Shown here one piece after another: positions 54,539-64,000 of a DNA stretch of 64,000 nt (positions are counted from its first letter, which is position 1; each line of letters opens with the position of its first letter). A program made the translations under genes and the position numbers. This DNA is from Podarcis cretensis (lineage: Eukaryota), in contig OX638156.1 of assembly GCA_951804945.1 (NCBI GenBank), positions 50,716,001 through 50,780,000 of the forward strand, written 5' to 3'. The notes under the pieces were generated by a model that was given only the letters and a program-made list of their open reading frames with translations, was not told the origin of the DNA and made no database searches.

Positions 54539-56048
54539 CTACTGGAACACTAAGCAGGGCTGAAGTTTAGGCTGGCTTCCCACATCCTGGTGCCTTCAGA
54601 TTTATGGGACTACAACTCCCATCAGTCCTAGCCAGTGGTAGACCCAAACATCTGGAGGGCACCAGGTTGGAGAATCCTGGCCTGCTCTGCTCCCTCAAGG
54701 GACTTGTTAAATCCCCAGTGGGAGCTGCTCCACATGGGCACAAGTCTTTTGTCAGGTTGTATTTCCTTCAGAGCAATTTCAACTTGCATCACCCCCGTTT
54801 CGCTTGAGGAAAAGGCAGCCTGGATTAAAAGAGGATTTTGCAAGCTTATTACACAGGCCCAATAAGGCAGGCCTGCAGCTAAGATTTCTAGCAGGTTGAG
54901 ACAGACGGATTTGGTTCAACTGCAGCCCCAAGTGCTTGGCGTTAATTTGGCTGTAGGTTCCCACGAAGGGAGCGAAGCCCTCGCGTGGCCCAGAGTCCTC
55001 CTTGATGTCGAGGCTTTGCCGCTGATCCTTGGGCTGTGGAAGGCTATTTTTGACATGAGCAGACGTAATCAGCAGTGATCCCGGACTCCTGAGGACATCT
55101 CTGTTACGGAATAAACTCTTTGCGGCTCCAGCACCTTGGGGACAGGAAGGGATGTCCGTTGCAGGAATAGCCAAATCTTCTGCCTTGCCCGAGTTAAGCT
55201 AAGCAGCCTGCCTCCACCTGCTCCTTCGAGTCTGGGTGGAACAAACAGTGCCAAGTCTTAAGTCAGAACACAACTTCGGCATGAGGCAGAGCTCTGTAGG
55301 GGGCCCAGTGTTCAACTGTCGAATATACATTCAATATTGGCACCCGCACCTGGAATATTTGAAGAAAGCAAATAACCCTGGACCTGCTGAGATAACAAGG
55401 CATGGCTTCCAAACAGTGTAAAAGCCACACAATGTCTCTTGTTAAGCAAAATGGCTATCTCAGTGAAGATTTAGACTTTACATGGTCCAGTCTGGGCTTA
55501 AGGCCCACCCTCTGCCACAGCATTGGGTAAGTTGTACTCTCAAAGCTTCAAGTCCCCCATCTATAAAATGGGAACAATACCAACTTGTTTCAAAAGGGCT
55601 TTCATCGGGAGAGTCAAGCACAACAGACCATAAATGATTTTGTAAATTTGTTACAGGAGCTGCTCTAATAGACCTTTGTACTGGCCTCATTTTTATTTAT
55701 TAACTAGGCCTTCCCCCCATTATTTGAAACCCCCCCACATATTTGTGAACGTATGGAATTGTCTTTATTTAAAATAATAATTTCTGAATTGTAATGTTCT
55801 TGTGTTAAGAGAACAAACAATTCAGTATCTAATAAGCATGGTTTGTTTTCTTCAAAATGGCCACTGGATTTAAAAACAAACAAACAGGCTCAATCTATGC
55901 AATAAATCTATACAACAATAACTACAGTGCCATGACTACAAGACCGTCATCTGACACCCAGAAAAGAACATGAAGGAAAACAGGCGAGGGATGAAAGCTC
56001 ACAGCTGGAAAAGAGACGGCACTCAAGTCAGGCCCATCTTCAGTCAGA

Positions 56049-56054
56049 TTTATT
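56049..56054 (-). terminator. Candidate UTP4 poly(A) signal
   Basis: AATAAA on - ~1.1 kb past the stop; other candidates at ~56652 and ~55692. Confidence 0.4.
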
Positions 56055-56983
56055 TTGATCATTTCAATTACAGCAAAGGACACAGCAGGCTATCAGTCCA
56101 ACAGCTTCACCCAGCAGCATAACACTACTCTCTCCTCACCCCCACCCTGAAACTCAAAACATATCATTTCAGCCCTGTAGCCACTTCCTTCTCACCCCCT
56201 CAGGAATTCTGGAAACCTAGGACCATCACCGCCCCCACTTCGGGGGAAACACAGACGTCAAGGTCAGGCAAAGCATTGTTCTTCCCCACTGGCTGGACTC
56301 ATGGTTTCTGCTTGATGGGGCTGAAACCAGTTTGCCTAGTCTGGGAGAGTACTAGAATTTGCTGCCACCATAGCCATTTGGAGGAGCAGAGACAGGCACA
56401 TGGTAGACCGAGACTGGGGAGGACACCTGCAATAACACTCGCTCTAATACATGCTCAGCCTGTGCAGCAGCCAAGAAATTGAGTGAAAAAAGTTAGCAAG
56501 TCCCCCATTTCAAATCTTGCCACGGCAGTGCTAGACTGGCCTCCTCTGTCTCACCTTCAGCGATACTGACCCACCTTCCAAGGGGCATTGTGTAACGTGG
56601 TTGAAGCACTTTGAACACTCAAAAGCCCTGTACAAATGCCAAGTACTCTCTTTTATTATTAAAAAGGGACAAACAAAGGCACCGGCAGACGAGTCTCTTC
56701 CATAGCAGCCTGGCCCCTTCTGCTGACTTCCACCCATTCAGGTTCAAAGCTACTTGTGGAGTCTTTGCTGGTATCTTGGAGGTTAATCATTGACTGAGAA
56801 GAACATTCATTCCAGCCTAGATCCCAAGGTCAAAGCCAACTTCGTCAGCCTGATAACGCTGCGGAGGAAAGGAGCGAGCTCAAGGGCCCAGAGGAGGGGA
56901 GGAGGAAGGAGGCATGGGAGTTGGCCGGGTTCCCAAGACCTGCTGGTTGTCTCTCCAGTCATTCACTTGCTTTGGATTAGAAG

Positions 56984-57023
56984 GGAGGAGGAGGAGGAGG
57001 AGGAGGAGGAGGAGGAGGAGGAG
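56984..57023. repeat. (GGA)n trinucleotide repeat in the UTP4 3'UTR
   Basis: 13 GGA units. Confidence 0.95.
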
Positions 57024-57175
57024 AGGGGATGCTTTCAGCCCACCTGAGCTGTTGCTTCCCTGGACTATCGCAGTTGGGAGGGCAACACTGCCGCCTTGCA
57101 GGTTTTCGCTCTTTTCCTGCTTGACAGTCCTTGCATGGAACAGCCACTGCCATGGCAGGGCTGGGACAGGTGCCT

Positions 57176-57292
57176 TTACGTGCCAAACTTCTTTAGATAG
57201 ACAGGTGGGGGCAGCTGCACCTTGATGTCTGCCAGAGACCGCTCCACCACCACCAGGCAATTCTTATCCAACAGGTCCACAAACAGCAACGG
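57176..57292 (-). CDS. UTP4: UTP4 last coding exon
   Basis: PLLFVDLLDKNCLVVVERSLADIKVQLPPPVYLKKFGT*. Confidence 0.95.
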   Translation of the reverse strand, partial: PLLFVDLLDKNCLVVVERSLADIKVQLPPPVYLKKFGT

Positions 57293-60200
57293 CTGCCAGG
57301 GGGAAGAATAAAGGAGGAGAGTTAGAATAAGCAGAGGTTGGCAACCTTTGGACAGAATGGGTTCAAGATAGGGTGTCATCTTGTGCCCAACACATGTTGC
57401 CTGTGGACATGCAATTATTTTCATGCTACAAAATATCAGCTGCCCAGATAGGCAAGCAGCAAAAGCCCTTCTCACAGCCATTCCAAGACACTCGCATCAA
57501 TACCTAAAGAGAGCCCTGTTGAATCAGACCAAGGGAAGCCATCTACTCTGGCATCCTATAGCCTACAGCGGTCAATCAAATGCCTCTCAGCTTCTCTGTT
57601 GATACTCCCTGGTGTTAAGCAACAAGCTGCCTCTGAACAGGAAGGATGGTGCTTTTAGTAGCCACTGGGAGACTTCTCCCCCTTGTGTTGGAGATAGAGT
57701 CTTGCCACACTCACCCTTTTTGCCTCTGCCACCCTTGTTCAATAAATCAAAGGCAGTGGGCTTATGATGCCTGTTGTTTCCGGCATTTATTGCTCTCTCA
57801 CTGTGCTCAGTGTAATGTGGGACTGACACACCCCTCCTTGTGCCGTGTGGCTACTTGGGATTTGAAAAATAGGCCGGCAGGCTTAACAGCAGCCCTGCTC
57901 CTTATGGGACACCTGGATTTTCTAGCAACAGAGGAAACAGCTCTGCGGCCTTGGCAATGAAGCTGTACTTCCCTGCCACAGATGCACCTCTCTCTGGCCC
58001 AGAGGCACCAGCTTCATTGCCAAGCCAACCGGAGCATGGCTTGGAGTAGTGATGGCCCCAACGTGCCTGGCTTTAAAAGAGAAGTAGGCAAATTCATGGA
58101 AGAGAATAAGGCTATGTTCTCCGTCCACTGTCAGAGGCAATATCCTTCTGAATAATGACTGCTGCTGGGAACCACAAGGGGAGAGGGCTGCTGTTGCACT
58201 CAGGTCCTGCTTGTGGGTTTCCCTTTGGAGCAACTAGTTGGCCGCTGTGAGAACAGGACAATGGGCTAAATGGTCTCCTTTGGTCTGGTCCAGCAGGGCT
58301 GTTTTGAGGCTCGAAGCACTCAGCTTCTGGTCAGGCCAGGGTTAGCCTTCAACCATGCCAGCACCCTGGTCAGGGCATTGCTGGTACTCCCCAAACGTTT
58401 CTCCATGGATTTGTAAAACCCACTTTCAGAGTCCTCTCAGCCAGCTCCAGACCTGATGGCAGCTCCCTGCATCCCTGAACCATGCACTGTGTTGGGGGGG
58501 GGGGGTGTTTCCTTTTGCCTCTCCTGGGTCCAGTGGGGTGGGGTGCAGATGCACAAAGACGAACCTGGTACTTTCTGCAGAACTTGAAGGGCCTGGAGCC
58601 ACAGGGAGCAACCTTGGAGAACTGTGCATGGGACTGCTGGTCATTCAAGAAGGCAGAGTCATCAGGCTGTGACTGGAGAGAGAAAAGGCAATGTTACTGA
58701 GGGCACAGGGAAGCTGTGGTTGTCAGCTTCACAGATGTTTCAGATCATATCCCGTTTCACAAAGCTGTGGAGAACAAGCAGTGCAGCTAATTTGCCTCGG
58801 AGCTGTGTTGCACTCTCTGCCAGGACAAAAATGACCCAGCCAAGTCCCCCTGCTGGAAGCAGCCTCCAGGTCTACCTATTGTATTATGAGCTGGAGCAAT
58901 CTGTAATCATCTCCAGACTCCCGGAGCCTTTCTTAGACATGTCAGCCAGCTTTGCGCCCCCACCTCCCCCCAAACCTCCATGATTGTAACCTTCAGAAAT
59001 CTCCCTACCAGGACAAAATGGATGTGCCATCACTGACCCAGAGGTGATGTTTGAACCTATGATGGTCCCTTATTCTAACTGATGGTCCACCTGTCTATTA
59101 TGATTGGCAACAGCTCTCCAGGGTCTTGGGCATACAGAGTCATAAAAGTTGGAAGGGAGCTCAAAGGGTCATCGTCCAACCCTCTGAGGATGCAGGAAAG
59201 CCATGCCCTTGGCATCCTTGACAGGTTTCCATCCAGCCTCTGCATAAAAACCTGTAATGAAGGAGAGCCTGCTACCTCCCTGCTGGTTCCAAACAGCTCT
59301 AACTGGGTGGTATTCAACTCATGAGTAGACATAGCTAGATTAGTCATGTCCATTAACTTAGTGTACCTATGAGTAGGACTAGTGTTTAATACCACCCACT
59401 GCTAGGATGCCCTTCCTAACATTTAGCTGAAAGAACATCAACACCATACCCTTCAAGCACATTTAAACCATGTGGCTTCCCCCCTCCCCAAGAATCCTGG
59501 GAACTGTAGTTTGTGAAGATTGCTGGGAATTGTTGGTCTGCGAGCAGAAAATTAAAAATATTTGGGGGAAGCCATGTATGGTGTGGATGTGACCTAAATC
59601 CTCTTCTTTGACATTTGAACCCATCGGTTTGATGGATCACCTACTCTGAATGGAAAATCTTCCCCACTCTACACCAGCCCTTCCCAGCGCTTTCCTCAAA
59701 GGACTTTCTCCAGGCCCCTCGCCACTTTCACCATTCTCCTCTGTCACATTCCATCTTTCTGTAGCAAATTGTGGTGTCCAAGAATGGGACACAGTGACTC
59801 CAGGTGAGGGCCGACCAAAGCAAGACCTCTCAGTACCTGCCACCTGATCCTCTTGTAATGCAAAGCACGTGCTCTGCCACTGAGCTTTTGGACATTCCTC
59901 GCCCTGGTACCCTTGCAGACAAGTCTAGGAATGGGCTGGGTGTGATCAGTGGCTCAGACAACAGCAGGTGCTGTGCACCCTTGTGTGGCAAATTGCCAAT
60001 GGTCTGGGGATGGAACCTTCCTCACCGTGGACCTATCCAGGATGCAGAACATGAATGTGTCATGCAGCAGAATGTGGGAGGCCTGCTGGGGGCTGAAGGC
60101 AATGTGGGTGATGGGTGTCTCCCGTTTCTGCCAATGCTTGGGCAGCCCGAGCTTCTGTATCTTCCGGCTCCAGGGGGTGTATTCTTTGTTGGTGATGCTG

Positions 60201-63037
60201 AACTCAAACATCTGGGAAAGAGGAAGACAAACAACAGAGGGCTGGAGCAGCAGCTCTGTTAAGCAGGGGCTCAGCCCCATAAAGCACGACATCAAGCTTC
60301 ATCAGTTGGTGCCTTGCAGAGATTTTGGGGTACAACCCCCATCTGCCCCAGGCAGCATGGCCACAAGATGCTGGAGCTGCCCAGCTGTGTTGCCTTGGGC
60401 TGATGGGAACTGTAGTTTAAAACTTCTGGTTGGCAAAGGTTACCCTAGAGATGGATCATAGAAAAAAAACAAAAGTGAATCTCCCCCGCCACCTCCGGGA
60501 TGCCAAATTTTGGACTTCCCTGGAATAGAAACACCCTGGCCTGTAGCTCGCCTTCAATCATAATAGCAAAGAACTGGTTTTTGTTGCAGAACTGCAAATA
60601 ATATTGATCTAGACACACTTAATCAGGCTTCACACCCAGATACAGCACCAAAACTACCTTGGTCACTCTGGTGGATGATCAGAAGAGAGGCTTTCGAGGG
60701 GGCAGTCAGTGAGAGGGCTTTCCCTGTAGTGGCTCCCAGGTTGTGGAATGCCCTCCCCTCTGGGGCTTGTCTCTGTGCACTGCATGCTTTTAATTGATTA
60801 GTTAGGACACATCACTTGACCCAGGAGGCCTTTGGCTGAGTAGACATCTTCCCTCCTCCTGCATCGCTATGTGCTGCAGTTCTATGCTGACTTCTGTTAT
60901 TTTGACATCACTGTTTTGTGGTTCTGTTTTATTGTTTGAATGGCAAGCTGCATTTGTTTTTAATTGTGAACTTAACAGAGCCTGACTGCTGGATCAGGCC
61001 AAAGGGGGCCCACCTAGTCCAGCATCCTGTTCTCACAGCAACCAAACAGCTGCCCCAAAGGGAAGCCCCCAAGCAGCACCTGCCTGTAATATTTCTCTAA
61101 GCCGCTCTGGGACCCTTTGGTGAAGGGTGGGCTACATACACAATAATAAGCAAAGAGAAAACTAACCTCTCCAGTGGAAACAAGACATTTCACCTGCCTT
61201 GGATCCAGAACTTACACCGCTGGCAGTCCCTACACTTGTACCAGGGAAACGATTCCCAGGTTCTTCCCACCACTATCCTCCTTGTGAGCAATTGGGACTG
61301 ACTGCATTAGCGGGGGCAAAACTCTTGTGCACACAGATGGAGCAAACTTCTCCCCCCCCCCACCCCGGGATTCTCTGTGTGCCTAGTGAGGCTTGGGAGG
61401 TGAAGTTGGCTGTGAAGGTCTTACCTGCTGATCTGAGTGGACGATCACAACATTATTGGTCCCTGGGTGAATGGCCAAAGCAGTCACCGGGCAGTCATAT
61501 GCAGGCACCGTGCAATGAGGCTGGACAAGAGAGAGAGAGACAGTGGGGTTCACCAAGGCTTCCTCCCACCCAGGTGGCCCAGGCTGCCCCCTTCCCTTCA
61601 TCTTGGGCCGTATCATTGCACAGCAGGGGCCCAGAAGGCTCTCAGAACTCTCAACCACCCTCATGGTGAGGATGCAGCAAAGAGACCTGATGAACCTGCT
61701 TCACTTTTTCAGACCAAGCAGGTTCAACCTCTCACCACTGCAGGCAGGTTCTGCTTGGCTCACCTTGGCATCTTCCAAGTTGTAGATGTTGACTGCCCGA
61801 TCACCACTAGCTGCAGCTAACCACTGGCCGTTGGCACTAGCCGCCAGCAGGTATGCAGCTTCTGACGTCTCTGCATGAGGAAAGTGGGTTTCAAAAGTTT
61901 TAAATGCATGTGTATGAATGTGTGTAGCTACAGATTTTTTTTTACCCTGGCTTCACTTTAAAATGTCACTTCAAAAGCCACTCATCTGCCCTAATCCCAG
62001 TGCTGGTAAGTATGTCCTGCTCTCCAAAAAGCCAATCTTACCTGAGCTAGGGCGGAGGATGTGCAGGTGTTTGCAGACTCCTGACTGCAAGAGCTTGAGG
62101 ATGTGCACAGAACCTTGGTCCGATGCCACAAAGAGCCTGGTGGAGTCCTCAGAGAAAAGGAGGTGGTGGGCTGAGCGAATCCGCTTTGGAATCTTAGCAA
62201 CCTTTGGGAAGGCAAGGGTTAAGGGTCAGTGTGGCCAGCTCTACCCTGAGGCCCCACCTCACCCTCCCCCATCCCCCAAGGAGGCTCACTTGAAGAAGTC
62301 TAGAAAAGCATTTCCTGTTCCTTCCATCAACTTATAAGAATAAGTTACAAAATCTTAAAAGAACATAATAATTTTATCATTTAATCTGATTTTTACTTTT
62401 TTTGGATTGCATCCATGTAAACTGCTTAGAGACTACTGTACTTAAGCTGTATCTAAATTGCTGAAATGAAATAAATAACTTAGAGTCCTAGAGCTGGATC
62501 ACCCCACCTAGTCCAGCCTCCTGTTCTCTCAGGGGCCAATCAGATGAAGAAGACCACAAGCAGACTAAGTGCAACATTCCTTGCTCATAATCCCCAGCAA
62601 TATGCCTTCAAAGGTAGACTGCCTCCAATACTTGGGGGGGGGGGGGGCATGTGCACAGTCATCATAGCTAGTAGCCATTCATGGCCTTCTCCTACACAGA
62701 TCTGACTGATCCCCTTTTGAAACCATGCAAGTTATTGGCCATTACTACAACCTGCGGCAGCCAACTCCATCATCTACCTATGTCCTGTGTGAAGAAGTTC
62801 TTCCTTTTGTCTGTCCAGAATCTCCCAACATTCAGCTTTCCCGGATGATGCTCTAGCATGCCCCAGACCAGAACACCCAGGCCAGAGTCTCCACCCTGCA
62901 GAATTCTCACTCACCCTCTTGATAGCAATATGGTCTTTGCTGAGCTGGACCTGGTGCAGATAGAACCTGGAAGTTGTGGAGTAGGCAATCCAGGAGCCAC
63001 AGGGTGAGACGCAGCTGCTGGCAATGTGCTCAGGGTC
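57176..63037 (-). CDS. UTP4: U3 snoRNA-associated protein 4 (cirhin, WD40), 3' portion; complement join of 62915-63037, 62042-62201, 61764-61870, 61425-61520, 60026-60211, 58565-58672, 57176-57292; 5' exons lie beyond the window
   Basis: SCVSPCGSWIAYST, HCTVPAYDCPVTALAI, WQKRETPITHIAF, HILLHDTFMFCILD, PLLFVDLLD...QLPPPVYLKKFGT*; phases consistent; synteny with SNTB2. Confidence 0.95.
58565..58672 (-). CDS. UTP4: UTP4 penultimate exon
   Basis: SQPDDSAFLNDQQSHAQFSKVAPCGSRPFKFCRKYQ; 108 nt, phase 0/0, strong acceptor, donor GTTCGT. Confidence 0.85.
59130..59285 (-). mobile_element. CR1 3' fragment
   Basis: AGSPSLQVFMQRLDGNLSRM; cataaaagttggaaggga tail. Confidence 0.7.
60026..60211 (-). CDS. 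UTP4: UTP4 internal exon
   Basis: MFEFSITNKEYTPWSR...HILLHDTFMFCILDRST. Confidence 0.95.
61425..61520 (-). CDS. UTP4: UTP4 internal exon
   Basis: PHCTVPAYDCPVTALAIHPGTNNVVIVHSDQQ. Confidence 0.95.
61764..61870 (-). CDS. UTP4: UTP4 internal exon
   Basis: TSEAAYLLAASANGQWLAAASGDRAVNIYNLEDAK. Confidence 0.93.
62042..62201 (-). CDS. UTP4: UTP4 internal exon
   Basis: VAKIPKRIRSAHHLLFSEDSTRLFVASDQGSVHILKLLQSGVCKHLHILRPSS. Confidence 0.93.
62500..62850 (-). mobile_element. Old CR1 3' fragment
   Basis: tagtagccattcatggccttctcc...ccccttttgaaaccatgcaagtt...tgtgtgaagaagttcttccttttgtctgtcc. Confidence 0.6.
62915..63037 (-). CDS. UTP4: UTP4 internal exon
   Basis: DPEHIASSCVSPCGSWIAYSTTSRFYLHQVQLSKDHIAIKR. 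Confidence 0.94.
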
Positions 63038-64000
63038 CTAGGAAGGAATCCAGATGAAGGGAGAAGCTGAGTTAGGTTCCTCCAAAAAGATACAGGGGAC
63101 TAAGAGAAATGAAACAGTGGGACTTGCTACCTCTGTAGACTCAGCAAAATCAACATGTTGCAAGATTGCCTTGAGTTGGCTTGGGAACAACTACAGTTAA
63201 GAAGATGTAGGGGAACCATAGCAAGCAGAAAAGCAGAGGGGGAAGCACCAGGGTCAGCTGAACAGGCAAGAGACAGTCTCTTGTGCTCCCTGAAATACGA
63301 TGTTTATTTAGTTCAACGTGTTTCAGAGTTGAAACTCCTTCACCAGGAGCTGTGAATGCTTGTAAATTCCTTGATCCTTAAAGAAACAAAAACTTACTCT
63401 GTACAGTATGCCTGAACTAAAAGCAGTTTCAAACTATGATGCTGTAAGATGTTTTCTTTATTTCTGTATCCAGAAAGTCTTGTAGATTTTTTGAAGCTCT
63501 TTTCAGTTCAGGTGTCCAGAAGAAGTCTCTTTAAGGTTCAAGGAATTTGCAAGCATTTGCAGGCTCAACTCTGAAATGCATTGAGCTAAATAAACATCTT
63601 ATTTCAAGGAGCACAAGAGACTGTCTCCTCTTTGTTCTAATGCTAAAAAAAAACCCCATAGCCTGCTTTTGCACAAAACTGTTTGTATCTGAAGTGGAGA
63701 TATTTCCTGCACAATTCATGCCCACGGGGCATGTTGAGAATCTGAAGCATCCACAATCAAGAGGGGACAAGAAATCATGGCTCCCTCACCTTGGCCTTGA
63801 GCTGGAGAAGGTGTTCTGGGGGACAGGAGACAGGCAGGACTTCACCAGCCTTTCCTGGAACAAGAACCAAGAGCATCTTTACACATCAAGTCTCTCTAGG
63901 ATGTCCTAATATGTGAGGGGACTGCCAAGCTTCCCAAGCAGCCCAAAGCTCTTGCTGCACCTGCTGGGAAGCCTGGAGCTCAACACAGGCCCAGGTGACC

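Noticed and set aside
59040-59090. Possible intronic C/D snoRNA in UTP4 (gtgatgt...ctga)
   Set aside because: The C box is imperfect, the span is too short, and there is no terminal stem or recognisable rRNA guide.

Overview
Vertebrate (squamate, most likely lacertid lizard judging by its SINE/MITE families) genomic window syntenic with human 16q22.1. It contains, left to right: the last codons of COG8 (+, inferred), mitochondrial peptide deformylase PDF (+, 2 coding exons, 241 aa), VPS4A (-, 11 coding exons, 437 aa), beta-2 syntrophin SNTB2 (-, 7 coding exons, 556 aa, ~4.7 kb 3'UTR) and the last seven coding exons of UTP4/CIRH1A (-). All exon boundaries were read directly (GT-AG, phases consistent). 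Introns and intergenic DNA carry CR1, L2 and L1-like LINE fragments, Sauria/Squam- and POM-type tRNA-derived SINEs, hAT and Tigger-like MITEs, microsatellites and one 129-nt assembly gap. No new protein-coding system is supported. The most interesting signals are regulatory: an apparently non-overlapping COG8/PDF arrangement with a separate PDF promoter and overlapping uORF, a VPS4A exon junction that recreates a consensus 5' splice site, an AUG-CGA-UGA mini-uORF on the VPS4A start, a hairpin MITE family carrying ZNF143/THAP11-like motifs, a SINE-donated poly(A) signal in the SNTB2 3'UTR, and an orphan promoter-like module upstream of SNTB2. Family names and human comparisons come from recall and were not checked against databases.
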